A stretch of 64,000 nt of DNA from a virus. Taxonomy: Duplodnaviria; Caudoviricetes. The first letter of the stretch is position 1. Every line of letters starts with the position of its first letter. The stretch covers positions 1,417-65,416 of the IMG/VR virus record IMGVR_UViG_3300026035_000002. One strand, given 5' to 3'. A program made the translations under genes and the position numbers. The notes beneath the pieces were generated by a model. The model made no database searches. It saw only the letters and a program-made list of their open reading frames with translations, and was not told the DNA's origin. Positions 38,181 through 48,234 of this stretch are shown here, piece after piece.

Positions 38181-39418
38181 CGCATGAGGCTGTTCGGCTC
38201 GCTTTCAAGAACGCCGGCCGCTGGGGGCTGATAGGCGCTCCAACTTATCCGATTCTGCGGGACACGACACAGCGGGCATTCTTCGAGACGCTGGAAAACG
38301 AGGAGATCCGGTATCACCACAGCAAGTCTGACAACACGGTCTTTCTTCCGGATTGCGGCTCCTCGATTCTGTTTCGAGCGGTGGATGACTTCGAGCGATT
38401 GCGCGGTACAAACCTCGCATGGCTCGGGCTCGATGAGCTGACGTACACCAAGAAGGAATCATGGCTGCGGCTGCAGGGCCGGCTCCGCGATCCGCTGGCA
38501 ACCGAGCAATGCGGGTTCGCCGCATGGACGGCACGAGGCTACGACTGGGTTCACAAGACGTTCATCGCCAATAAGTCCTCGAACCACGAAGCGATTATCG
38601 CGGCGCCGTTCGAGAACAAAGCGCTTCTCGACTATTACAAGAGCCTTGCGGAAACGTACGACGAGCGCTTCTACCGGCAGGAAGTCCTTGGGGAATACCT
38701 CAACGTCTTCACCGGGCGGGCTTACTACGCATTCGACCGCACTGTGCATCTGAGCGCTGAAAAGTGCCAGTACGATCCGGGCCTACCGCTTTACTGGTCG
38801 CTCGATTTCAACAACACGCCGATGTGCAGCGTGATTGCGCAGGTCCCGGTCGCGAGGACGCCTTCTCATTTCGATTGGCTGCACGCCAAGCGGCACGACG
38901 AGAAGACGAAGCGAGAGTTCAGGATTCTCGATGAGATCTCGCTGCTCGATTCGAACATTGGCGAGGCCTGCGCGGAGTTTGAACGCAAAGCGCTGGCGAT
39001 GACGAAGAACCGGCCGATCCGGGTAATCCTTCACGGTGATGCGAGCGGAAACAACGCGATGCACTCCGGAAAGTCGGACTGGGAGCTGGTGCTTCGTTAC
39101 TTCCGGGATACGCCGGACATCATCGTCGAGAAGCAAGTCCCCGCGGCCAACGGCGCCGTAAAGGATCGCGTCAACGCGCTCAACGCGAAGCTGATGAGCT
39201 TCAGCCGCGAAATCGGGATGTTTGTCCATCCGCGGTGCAAAGCGTTGACCGAGGACCTGGAGCAGACCGGCTGGAAGCTCGACTCTCAGAAGAACGTCAC
39301 CGGCGTTCTCGACCAGGCCGGCGGACGGACGCACATTACGGACGCGCTGGGCTACTTGGTCGTCCAGGAAGAACCGATCAAGGGGCAGGCCGGCTACAGC
39401 GGCGAAAGGATTTTCTAA
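37967..39418 (+). CDS. terL: Terminase large subunit
   Basis: Walker A GPIGSGKS, Walker B WLGLDE, nuclease SLDFN and HITDALGY; true start uncertain. Confidence 0.93.
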   Translation: MGSSRAEALRSRGARGQAVRRIVEQGYRDSQAGFTGFKQYKPLPSQYRFHLSRARFKGFSGPIGSGKSLALTHEAVRLAFKNAGRWGLIGAPTYPILRDTTQRAFFETLENEEIRYHHSKSDNTVFLPDCGSSILFRAVDDFERLRGTNLAWLGLDELTYTKKESWLRLQGRLRDPLATEQCGFAAWTARGYDWVHKTFIANKSSNHEAIIAAPFENKALLDYYKSLAETYDERFYRQEVLGEYLNVFTGRAYYAFDRTVHLSAEKCQYDPGLPLYWSLDFNNTPMCSVIAQVPVARTPSHFDWLHAKRHDEKTKREFRILDEISLLDSNIGEACAEFERKALAMTKNRPIRVILHGDASGNNAMHSGKSDWELVLRYFRDTPDIIVEKQVPAANGAVKDRVNALNAKLMSFSREIGMFVHPRCKALTEDLEQTGWKLDSQKNVTGVLDQAGGRTHITDALGYLVVQEEPIKGQAGYSGERIF

Positions 39419-39419
39419 C

Positions 39420-39740
39420 ATGCAAATTGTTTCTCTCGGCAAGATCACGGCAACCGCCGGCACACCGGTCCAGGCGGTAACCGCCAGCACGCTGGCGCAC
39501 AAAATCATAGTGGAGCCGCTCGTCGGCAACAGCGGAAAAGCCTACGTCGGCACCTCAGCACTGAGTGTTTCCACCGGTGCAGGGCTCATCAAAACGTTTC
39601 TGCCGCCGGCCGCCAGCGGGCTCAATGACGACTGGACACTCGATGCCGGACGCCAGGGAAACCCGATCGACGTAAGCCAGTTCTGGTTCGACGTCCAGAC
39701 CACGGGCCAGGGCGTCACTGTTTCCTACGTGATCGGTTAA
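39420..39740 (+). CDS. Small beta-rich hypothetical structural protein
   Basis: Between terL and portal. Confidence 0.65.
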   Translation: MQIVSLGKITATAGTPVQAVTASTLAHKIIVEPLVGNSGKAYVGTSALSVSTGAGLIKTFLPPAASGLNDDWTLDAGRQGNPIDVSQFWFDVQTTGQGVTVSYVIG

Positions 39741-39767
39741 TCCGAAGCTTCCGCACCCCTTAACTCC

Positions 39768-41390
39768 GTGACCCCCTCATCCGAACAACAGCAGACCGGC
39801 TCCGTGCCAGTCAAGACGCTCGACCGCAAGCATGCCGAGTGGCTGCTGATGCATGATGTCTGGGATTCGGTCGACTTGCTCTACGAGGGCGGCGTCAAGC
39901 TGAAGAACAACGGCCAGAACTTCCTGCTCAAACGTCCGAAAGAGCTGTACGACGTCTACCAGGAGCGGTACCGGCGGCTGACTTACCAGAATCTGCTCGG
40001 CAACTGCGTCGGCTGGTACCTCGCCAAGCTATTCGCGCGAGAGCCGCAGATCGACGGAAAAACGAAGGACGAACGCTTCGCCCAATTCCTGCAGGACTGC
40101 GATCGCGCCGGAACGACCTTCATCAACTTCACTCGAAACTTGGTGGAGACGATGATCCTGTTCCGCCGGGCATTTGTCCTGACTGACAAACCGCAGCCCG
40201 GCGAAAAACCTGTCGTCACGAAGGCCGATGAGCAGGCGATGGGGCTGGACAGGCCCTATCTGGTGGCCTACGACCCCCGGCAAGTCTTCAACTGGAGCGT
40301 CGACGAGTACGGAAATCTGGAATGGATCGTGATCAAGACGGTCACAGCATCCCAGTCCGGACCCACCGAGCCGCTGAAGCGCTCGGCCAACTGGTACATC
40401 TTCGACCGCCAGAACTTCACGCACTATCAGTACATCGCTCCGGCTGACTCGATCGAAGCCACCCCATTCTTTGAAAACTCGGATCTGACGGCGAACAAAG
40501 ACGCGATGGCAAAGCTCGTCGACAGCGCTCCGCATGCCCTCGCCTCCGAGAACCGTGTTCCAGTGCGAGTCTGCGAGCTGCCGACAAGCCTCTGGTTCAC
40601 GAACCGCGCCTACCTGCATCTGCTCGAGCACTTGGACCATAAGAACGGCTACTCCTGGAAGCTGTTCATGTGCTCCCATCCTCAGTTGGTGATCAAAACT
40701 GAGAGGGAGATCAATGGGCAGACGCTCTCCGAAGTCGGCTATCTGAAGCTGGATCCGAAGGACGAAATCGAATGGCTGGAGCCGAACGGGTCATCGCTCA
40801 AAGAATCCCGCGACTACACGGAATCGCTCCGGCAGGAGATCTACCGCGACTTCAACCTGCAGGCGCAGGGCAGGGATTCCTCAGCCTCGGCCGCGGCATC
40901 CTCCGGTTATTCGAAAGAGGTGGAGATGGCACCCGCGATCGACATGCTTAATGCGCTGGGCGATGTCGTGCGCGCATCTCAGCAATTGGTGCTGGTGGAC
41001 TACAAAGCTGCTGCGGGGCTACCCGTGGACACGCCAGAAACGAAGCCGGATGTGAATGGCTTCAGATTCGAATCGAAGCCGATCCTGCAGGACATTGCCA
41101 TAGCGGAAGCGCTGATTGAAACCGGTGTCACGGAAAAAAGCCCCACACTCGAAAAGCTCGTCGACGACAATATTGCCATGAGCGTGTGCGACGGCCAAAA
41201 CGAAGAAACGAAGGAAACGATAAGGGCCGAAATTCAAGCTGCGCCAACGCGCAAGGAACAGGCGGCGATCGACCAGCAAGCGCAGGCGGACCAGCAGCAA
41301 AAGCAGTTTGAACAGCAACTGGACACCCGGCTGATGCGCAGCGGGGCCGCGGATATCACGAAGCAGGAAGCCGACGCAGTAGCAGATTAG
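39768..41390 (+). CDS. Portal protein (SPP1 gp6/DUF4055-like)
   Basis: Size and position; RPKE..DVYQERYRRLTYQN, QDCDRAGT, RPYLVAYDP.QV.NW. Confidence 0.85.
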   Translation: MTPSSEQQQTGSVPVKTLDRKHAEWLLMHDVWDSVDLLYEGGVKLKNNGQNFLLKRPKELYDVYQERYRRLTYQNLLGNCVGWYLAKLFAREPQIDGKTKDERFAQFLQDCDRAGTTFINFTRNLVETMILFRRAFVLTDKPQPGEKPVVTKADEQAMGLDRPYLVAYDPRQVFNWSVDEYGNLEWIVIKTVTASQSGPTEPLKRSANWYIFDRQNFTHYQYIAPADSIEATPFFENSDLTANKDAMAKLVDSAPHALASENRVPVRVCELPTSLWFTNRAYLHLLEHLDHKNGYSWKLFMCSHPQLVIKTEREINGQTLSEVGYLKLDPKDEIEWLEPNGSSLKESRDYTESLRQEIYRDFNLQAQGRDSSASAAASSGYSKEVEMAPAIDMLNALGDVVRASQQLVLVDYKAAAGLPVDTPETKPDVNGFRFESKPILQDIAIAEALIETGVTEKSPTLEKLVDDNIAMSVCDGQNEETKETIRAEIQAAPTRKEQAAIDQQAQADQQQKQFEQQLDTRLMRSGAADITKQEADAVAD

Positions 41391-41392
41391 CC

Positions 41393-41803
41393 ATGACCGA
41401 CACTCACGAAAACCTCGACCACGACCTGGACCGCTTGAGCGATGACGGTGCGCCGCATCCCGAACCGCCGGTATGGTGCGCCACCTGCGACCATCCCGCA
41501 GAGACGCATGACGGCGGCGGATATTGCGGCGTTCAATTTGACTCTTCCAGCAACATGGAGGGCTTCTGCGGCTGCGATCGATTCGTGCAAGGTGAACAAC
41601 AGCCTCCGCCGTTGACTCCCGAAATGCTTGCAGCGCACCACAGCGCTATCGACGCTGCGCTGGCAGGCTTGGGCGGGATTGCCTTGCTGCCTGCGACGCG
41701 AGAGGCATGGGCCGAAAAGATCGACCGCGAACTCGACAACGAGTATCTCCCCTACGGTCTGAAGGAACTGCAGCCCGAATCTCCCGAATCTCCGACTAAA
41801 TGA
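41393..41803 (+). CDS. Hypothetical Zn-binding protein
   Basis: CATCDHP..TH...C...CGCDRF. Confidence 0.6.
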   Translation: MTDTHENLDHDLDRLSDDGAPHPEPPVWCATCDHPAETHDGGGYCGVQFDSSSNMEGFCGCDRFVQGEQQPPPLTPEMLAAHHSAIDAALAGLGGIALLPATREAWAEKIDRELDNEYLPYGLKELQPESPESPTK

Positions 41804-43968
41804 CAGCCCCCGCCATCTCGCTCGCCACGAAGACCAGATCCACCGCTGCAATAGCGAAGTTCCTCTGCACTGTTGCGAAGCCGAAGCCACAGGATGACAA
41901 CGCAGCACAAGCCTACGCCTGGGCGCTGCAGCTCGATCCGAAATGTGCGGAAGCCTGGAACGGCATCGGTCGCGTCGAGATGGGCCGCGGCAAGTTCGAT
42001 AAAGCAATTGACGCTTTCTCGGCCGCCATCCGGCTGAACCCTCAGTTTGCCGAAGCTTTTATCCACCGCGGCGTGGCACTCGAGCGGCAGGGAATGTCGA
42101 ACGCTGCGCTGATCGACTTGGGAACAGCCGCGGAACTCGATTCTCGCCTCACCATGGCGGAACTGCTGATCTACGGGATCCTGGAGAACCAGGAACGGCA
42201 CCAGGAAGCGCACGAAATGCTGGACCGCGGGCTGAACAAGCGGCCGGACGATCCGGATCTGCTGTTCTGCCGCGCAACCCTCGACCTGGCCGCCTGCAAC
42301 TACGAGGCGGGCTGGAAGGGCTACGAATACCGGCCGACGAAGCTGCAGCTATCCGCGATGCTCGACGAGTACCAGGAGTGGGACGGCTCTCCGCTCAACG
42401 GAAAGCGTATCCTCATCTGCCGCGAACAGGGCCTCGGCGACGAGATCATGTTCGCCCGGTACATCACCGAAGTAGCGAACCGCGGCGGCCATGTCATCGT
42501 CTACTGCTACCCTCCGCTTGCGCGTCTGATCGCACGCATTCCGGGAGTGCAGGAAGTGGTCACCTCTGACCGGGACGTGCCGGAAGTGGACTGCTGGGTT
42601 GCGATCGGGTCGCTTCCGTTGGTGCTCGGCGCCGAACTGAAGGCCGAAACCTACATGACGGTCGAGCGCATGCAGCCGAAGTCAGGCTTGTTTCGTGTGG
42701 GGCTCTGCTGGAAAGGGAATCCGGCACATGCGCGGGATACCTTCCGCTCGATGCCGTTTGCCGCGCTGGCTCCGCTGCTGGCAGTGAAAGGCGTCGAATT
42801 CGTCAGCTTGCAGCAGCATGACAGCGAATCCGGCCTCGAAGGCGTTGCCGATCGCTGCCATGATCTGTACGACCTGGGCTGCGAGATGCTGGGCTTGGAC
42901 CTGGTCATCACAGTGGATACCGCAGTCGCTCACCTGGGAGGCGCGTTAGGCGTGCCGACGTGGGTGCTGTTGGGGAAACCAACCGACTGGCGGTGGAACA
43001 CGCCGCTGTATGAGTCGACGATGCTCCTGGTGAACGAAGCTCCCAAGAAATGGGATACGGCAATCAAATCGGTTGTGGCCACTCTGGAAAAGAGCCTGGA
43101 ACCGATTAGGAAGGCTCCAAAACGCCAGTGGCCGCATGACAAATCGGGATTCCCGCCGCTTCGTGACCACGTGCCAGCCGCGATCGAAACGGGCGAATCA
43201 TTTCCATGTGGCTATAACAATTTCGTGGAGACCGCCGACACCCGCTACGGGAAGATGCAGTACTTCAGCCGCGATATCTGGCTTGGGCGCTCGATCGAAC
43301 TCTACGGCGAATGGTCCGAGGGAGAATGCGACCTGTACCGCCGGGTAGTGGGATCAAACGATACCGTTGTCGAAGTCGGCGCGAACATCGGGACGCACAC
43401 GGTCGTGCTGGCTGGCTTGGCTGGTCGCGTAATCGCACTGGAGCCATGCCTTGAAACGTTCGACGTACTTGAAAGCAATCTCGACACCTTCGGCAATGTT
43501 CAACTGCTGCAGATCGCAGCCGGCGCTTCGAGGGGATCTGTTGGCCTGCTGACGAAGCCGAACAACCCGGGCGGCACAGAGGTCACGGGCGCAGGTGAAA
43601 TCGATATGTCCACCGTCGATTACATATTCTGCAATTCGGATATTGATTTCCTCAAGCTCGACTGCGAAGGCTCAGAACTGGCAGTGCTGCAGGGCGCGGA
43701 GCAAACCATCGCCCGCTGCCGGCCGCTGCTCTATGTCGAGAATGACCGGGCCGACAAATCAGAAGCGTTGGTGTCCTGGATTCACGCGCACGGCTACCGG
43801 ATGTATCAGCACCACGCCCCGCTTTACAACCCGGAGAACTTCCGGGGGAACAAAGTGAACGTGTTCGGCAACATCGTCAGCGCCATGCTGTTCTGTGTGC
43901 CGAATGAACGGAAGGATTTACGTCCTACTGAATGGGGAATGGAGCGGGTAAGGGTGGTTCGACAGTAA
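41800..43968 (+). CDS. TPR + GT-B (GT9-like) glycosyltransferase + FkbM-family methyltransferase fusion
   Basis: TPR helices; EQGLGDEIMFARY, VGLCWKGN, DLVITVDTAVAHLGGALG; EVGANIGTHT, KLDCEGSE, RPLLYVEN. Confidence 0.85.
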   Translation: MTAPAISLATKTRSTAAIAKFLCTVAKPKPQDDNAAQAYAWALQLDPKCAEAWNGIGRVEMGRGKFDKAIDAFSAAIRLNPQFAEAFIHRGVALERQGMSNAALIDLGTAAELDSRLTMAELLIYGILENQERHQEAHEMLDRGLNKRPDDPDLLFCRATLDLAACNYEAGWKGYEYRPTKLQLSAMLDEYQEWDGSPLNGKRILICREQGLGDEIMFARYITEVANRGGHVIVYCYPPLARLIARIPGVQEVVTSDRDVPEVDCWVAIGSLPLVLGAELKAETYMTVERMQPKSGLFRVGLCWKGNPAHARDTFRSMPFAALAPLLAVKGVEFVSLQQHDSESGLEGVADRCHDLYDLGCEMLGLDLVITVDTAVAHLGGALGVPTWVLLGKPTDWRWNTPLYESTMLLVNEAPKKWDTAIKSVVATLEKSLEPIRKAPKRQWPHDKSGFPPLRDHVPAAIETGESFPCGYNNFVETADTRYGKMQYFSRDIWLGRSIELYGEWSEGECDLYRRVVGSNDTVVEVGANIGTHTVVLAGLAGRVIALEPCLETFDVLESNLDTFGNVQLLQIAAGASRGSVGLLTKPNNPGGTEVTGAGEIDMSTVDYIFCNSDIDFLKLDCEGSELAVLQGAEQTIARCRPLLYVENDRADKSEALVSWIHAHGYRMYQHHAPLYNPENFRGNKVNVFGNIVSAMLFCVPNERKDLRPTEWGMERVRVVRQ

Positions 43969-44208
43969 TTCCCAATGATGGCGGCAGTTGAATCGCCCCC
44001 ATCTTTCCAGAACGTCTTGCTCAATCTGACTGTGAACCGCGTTTACCAGGTACTGCAGATGTGCATCCAGATTGAGGGGTGGCGGCGGCTTCGGGATCGA
44101 TATCGTCTTCGCTCCCGGAACCCACAGCAACCGCTCCGGATCAGCAACGAATGAAGCGGCAATAGCGGCGAGAAAGCCGCGACGATTTAGTTGTGAATTG
44201 CCCAGCAT
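43918..44208 (-). CDS. Small antisense protein with RRGFL leader
   Basis: NRRGFLAAIAASFVADPERLLWVPGAKTISIP; G-rich RBS. Confidence 0.5.
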   Translation of the reverse strand: MLGNSQLNRRGFLAAIAASFVADPERLLWVPGAKTISIPKPPPPLNLDAHLQYLVNAVHSQIEQDVLERWGRFNCRHHWELLSNHPYPLHSPFSRT

Positions 44209-44384
44209 AGGAACCCCCCGTCGTCATCAACGATAGCCCTAAGGGAGTCCTGATCTATCGGCTGACCGGATAGTTTCTCAAGCTCGCCCAGTGCGTCATG
44301 GCTGAGATATATCAGCCGTGGACCCGGCGGAATCGGCGTATTGAAGAGCGTTTGCTCCGTGCTGTCGATTGCGTCGGCGTCCAT
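44187..44384 (-). CDS. Small antisense hypothetical protein
   Basis: Fills non-coding gap on + strand; acidic 65 aa. Confidence 0.45.
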   Translation of the reverse strand: MDADAIDSTEQTLFNTPIPPGPRLIYLSHDALGELEKLSGQPIDQDSLRAIVDDDGGFLCWAIHN

Positions 44385-44495
44385 AAACCAAGTTTCGCAA
44401 GTAAGTAAGCCCGCCGTGGGGCATTCATCATTTCACGGGTTCGAACCCTACCAAAAACAAACGGGCCGCGCCGTCTCGCGGGTGTAAGGAGATCC

Positions 44496-45218
44496 ATGCC
44501 AGAACCAGTAGTAAACCCGGCGCCGGAGCCGAAAACAGATCCGGGATTCGATCCAACGGCCTTCGCCGCGACCCTGATGGAGCAGTTCAAAACCGAACTG
44601 AATAAAGGGCTCAATGCGATGGACAAAAAGATCAACAAGCTGTCCGAACCGAAGCCTGACTCAAAACCGGAGCCGAAACCGCAGGACCCCGCAGTAGACC
44701 CGACGAATCCGAACGATCTCAAGCCCGACCCCAAGACGCTGCCCGAACTCAATGCGCGCATTCAGAAACTGACTCTTCAACTCGAAGCCATCAGCCAGGA
44801 AAACGCGACATCGAAGAAAGCGGCCGAAGAGTCGAAAGCGAAGCAGCTCGAAACGGAACGGGTAGCAGCATTTGATGCAGCCATAGCGGATATCCCTTTC
44901 GCGGATGCCAAGGCTCGCGCAACCTTCCGAAAAGCCTACCTCGCCGATGTAGTCCGCGACGAGGACGGCAATCTGGTGGCGCAAACGGACAAAGGGCCGA
45001 TGGCTTACGCCGAGTACCTCAAGGCGGAAGCGCAATCGCAACCCTCGCTCTTGCTCAAAGAAGGGCATTCGGGAGCGGGCGCAAGCGGAGGCAAAAAAGC
45101 CTTCGGTTCTTCAAAAATCGACATCTTCTCGATGTCGCAGAAGGAAATCGCAGCGCTTCCCACAGAAGTCCGCGACCAACTTCTCGCGGAAGCAGCCTCA
45201 GCGCTGATGCCGCGTTAA
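44496..45218 (+). CDS. Capsid scaffolding protein
   Basis: AAGGAG RBS; Pro-rich N-terminus, coiled coil, GAGASGG tail; directly before MCP. Confidence 0.75.
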   Translation: MPEPVVNPAPEPKTDPGFDPTAFAATLMEQFKTELNKGLNAMDKKINKLSEPKPDSKPEPKPQDPAVDPTNPNDLKPDPKTLPELNARIQKLTLQLEAISQENATSKKAAEESKAKQLETERVAAFDAAIADIPFADAKARATFRKAYLADVVRDEDGNLVAQTDKGPMAYAEYLKAEAQSQPSLLLKEGHSGAGASGGKKAFGSSKIDIFSMSQKEIAALPTEVRDQLLAEAASALMPR

Positions 45219-45247
45219 GCCAATCCCAACACAAAGGAGCCATATAA

Positions 45248-46171
45248 ATGGCAACGTTCACCTCTCAAAATGCAGCCCAGGCGATCGTAAAGCTCGTCGC
45301 CCCGATGGCGCTCGAAGCCCTGGTCGGAAACCTCGTCATGGGGAATCTGGTCAACCGCGATTTCGAGCCCACTCTGCAATCCGCCGGCGACCAGATCAAT
45401 ATCCCGATCCCACCGGTAATGACCTCCAACAACATCGCGGAAGGCGGCAGCGTAAACGCACAGGCCCCCTCCCTCGGAAACGCTCAGATCACTCTGAACT
45501 ACCACCAGGAATCGACTTTCATCCTGCCCGACGTGACCCGCGCGATCGCCGTTCCGGATCTCATCAAAACCCTGATGAACCCGGCCATCATCGCCATCGT
45601 CGAGAAAATCGAGACCGACTTGCTCTCGCTTTATCCCAATTTCACCGTGAACAGCGCAACCGGCGGAGCGTCCACCATGGACGAAGCCCGCATCGACTCC
45701 GCTGAAAACACTCTCTTCGGCCAGAAGGTTCCCAAGGCCCAGCCGAAATTCCTCATCCTGTCCGGTACGGCTTATAGTCAGACCCGGCAGCTCGGCGTGT
45801 TCCGCGACTGGAACAACCTCGGACCCTCCGGCCAGCCGTCCCCGATCGTCAGCGCAGTGCTCCCCGGCGGCGCCGCGGAAGGCAAGATCAAGGACTTCTT
45901 CGTCTATCGCTCTCAGTTCGTGCAGAAGCCCAGCTCCACCACCTACAACCTGGCCTTTGCCAAGGATGGTATCGGCCTGGTCGTCCGGCGCATGCCGCTC
46001 CCGATCCCCGGTACCGGCGTGATCGGCGAATACGCGGAAATGGGCAACTTCGGCGTTCGCGTGCTGATGTCCTATGCCCCGAACACTCTCGCCCAACAGT
46101 TCACCGTGGACGTGCTCTACGGATGCGGCGTGCTTCGCAACAACTTCGGCCTCCAGGTTCAGAGCAACTAG
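45248..46171 (+). CDS. Major capsid protein, P22 coat family
   Basis: AAGGAG RBS; LVMGNLVNRDFE....AGDQINIPIP, LAFAKDGIGLV.R, DVLYGCG.LR. Confidence 0.88.
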   Translation: MATFTSQNAAQAIVKLVAPMALEALVGNLVMGNLVNRDFEPTLQSAGDQINIPIPPVMTSNNIAEGGSVNAQAPSLGNAQITLNYHQESTFILPDVTRAIAVPDLIKTLMNPAIIAIVEKIETDLLSLYPNFTVNSATGGASTMDEARIDSAENTLFGQKVPKAQPKFLILSGTAYSQTRQLGVFRDWNNLGPSGQPSPIVSAVLPGGAAEGKIKDFFVYRSQFVQKPSSTTYNLAFAKDGIGLVVRRMPLPIPGTGVIGEYAEMGNFGVRVLMSYAPNTLAQQFTVDVLYGCGVLRNNFGLQVQSN

Positions 46172-46231
46172 TTCGCTCACCGGCCACTCGATCCACAAAC
46201 GGACAAAACCCACCAACAGGACAAAACCGAC

Positions 46232-47203
46232 ATGATCGCAACCCAACACACCGAACATCCCTCTGCCTCCCAACCCCGCAACGGCGCAACCATGAACGAT
46301 GCCGAACTGACGAGCGCCTTTTATGGGCCTCCATCAGCGGCGATCGACAATTCACCCCGCGCCCAGCGCCTCCGCCGCGTAAAAGCCGCCCGCGAGATGC
46401 TGGTCCGAAAGGGTCACACCGCCCAGTCCGCCGTCTTCGTCACAGCCGCCGATTTTCTCGACGACTCCGACCTCGAAGACAGCCCCCAATCGAGCAAGCC
46501 GAAACCCCAAGTCTGCGAAGTGACCGGCCACTATGCCGCGTATCTCATCGCAGACCGCACGCACCGGCTCTCCACCGACGAAGAAATCGCTCGCTTCCAC
46601 GGCGAACAGCGCGCACGTGAAGAAGCGTGCCGCCTGATCGAAGCGAAAAACCCCAATAACAAATCCGTGCACCAGACGATCAACTACATTTCGTCGCCTG
46701 GTGACGGACCCAACAAGGTCGGAGTTCCGGCCACGGCCGAAAGGACACCTGCCCGTCCTGGTCGGAGTGTTGCGGCAGGAGATAAGGAAACATAATCAAT
46801 GTCAATCACAGCACTCACCACTGGGCTGCAGACCGTTACCGCGACCGGCGCGGTGACCGCGACCGCCGGGGCTGATATTTCGGCCATGACTGGCGACGTT
46901 ACGGTGTGCATCGAGGTGGTCTCGATGACCGCCGCAAAGACGGCGCGCATCCAACTGGAGGATTCCGTCAACGCCTTTACGGCCTCCGTCCCGGTTGCGG
47001 TTTTCGACGTCATCGGACAGCTCGGGCAGGGAGGCACCAGCTACACTGCCGGCGCATACAACCCGACCACGCAGAAGTTCACGATCCGCAAGTACCAGCT
47101 CGCGAACAATCGCTTTGGCACTGCCAGCGCGGTTCTGCGGCTCAATGTCACCGCCATCGATTCCGCTTCGAGCCTCTCGCTCAACGCCTGGATCGAAACG
47201 TAG
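46232..47203 (+). other. Two hypothetical head-associated ORFs 46232-46795 and 46799-47203
   Basis: Co-oriented downstream of MCP. Confidence 0.6.
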
Positions 47204-47218
47204 TCGTCTTCAAATGCA

Positions 47219-47250
47219 GGGCGGCTCGTTTCAGGGCCGCCCGACTTCTC
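47219..47250 (+). terminator. GC hairpin, weak terminator candidate
   Basis: GGGCGGCTC-GTTTCA-GGGCCGCCC followed by a pyrimidine-rich tract. Confidence 0.4.
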
Positions 47251-47264
47251 TTAGCTGACATCAA

Positions 47265-48224
47265 ATGCTCTTCACTGACGGCAACTTCATCACGACCGCG
47301 CTGCTCGACCAGATCGACGGCGAGTTCTCCGCAGTTGCAGCGGCAGAGGGCATGGATACCTCTGCCTTCATCACAGAGGCAGTGAACGCGGCAGGCTCCG
47401 AGTTTATCGCAAAAATTCAATCCTTCTCAGGCTACTTGTGCGGAGTTGGGGCGAATGCCAACCACCAGGCCGCCGTGCTCAACGTTCTCACCACCGCCAT
47501 TCAGCGGCCACGAGCGATCCTGAACCAGATCCCGGCAACCGAGCCCAATCCGACGCGCACGGCATTTCGTCGCTGGATCCAGTTCTTCTGCCTGTACGAG
47601 TTCTACCTGGCGGTCAGCAACCGCAAGATCAAGGACCGGTACGACCAGAAGGCCACGAAGTACGAAAAGCAGAAAAAGCGCTATTGGGAGAACTTGAAGG
47701 GCTGCGGCTTCCCCGTCGTGCTCAATCCGCTTCCTTGCCCCGGCGCCACCCTCGAATACAACTCCGGCAGCTGGTCGAATGCCAACGTTACGGCGGTTTC
47801 GGGCGGCGCATCAGTTGCCCAAGTGACTTATGACGTTACGGTGACGTGGTGCAGCCTTCCTACTTATGTTTCGGCCACAAACCAGAACAACGGGGAAAGT
47901 GCCGGCGCGGCAACCCAAACGATCGCAGTTCCGGCAGCCAACGTTATCGCGGTCAGCATCGTGGGCCTCAACCCCCCGACAGGCACTGCACCACTGGCAA
48001 TCGGTAGCGCACAAGGGGCTTATTCCCCACTCGCCGCAACGCACTGGAACGTCTATGCCGGCCCAACCGGCGGAACGATGACGCTGCAGAACAGTTCGCC
48101 CATTCCAGTAGCCACGACTTCTTACACTTTTGCGGCAGCGCCGACGACCAGCGGTGTTCCGATTAACGCGGGACAGGCTGCGATTTACGACTTCTCGTTT
48201 CTCAACATGCTCTGGCGGGCATAA
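47265..48224 (+). CDS. Putative head-tail adaptor with C-terminal beta domain
   Basis: Helical N-half ending KDRYDQK..KYE, then Thr/Ala-rich beta domain; position. Confidence 0.5.
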   Translation: MLFTDGNFITTALLDQIDGEFSAVAAAEGMDTSAFITEAVNAAGSEFIAKIQSFSGYLCGVGANANHQAAVLNVLTTAIQRPRAILNQIPATEPNPTRTAFRRWIQFFCLYEFYLAVSNRKIKDRYDQKATKYEKQKKRYWENLKGCGFPVVLNPLPCPGATLEYNSGSWSNANVTAVSGGASVAQVTYDVTVTWCSLPTYVSATNQNNGESAGAATQTIAVPAANVIAVSIVGLNPPTGTAPLAIGSAQGAYSPLAATHWNVYAGPTGGTMTLQNSSPIPVATTSYTFAAAPTTSGVPINAGQAAIYDFSFLNMLWRA

Positions 48225-48234
48225 GGACACTTCC

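Noticed and set aside
44436-44447. GGGTTCGAACCC as tRNA T-arm or second att site
   Set aside because: No acceptor strand/CCA or anticodon context; just a 12-bp palindrome
45215-46273. 352-aa antisense ORF, and similar shadows (15250-15933, 38783-39529, 40029-40679, 54497-55036)
   Set aside because: Antisense to well-supported genes; expected from GC-rich codon bias
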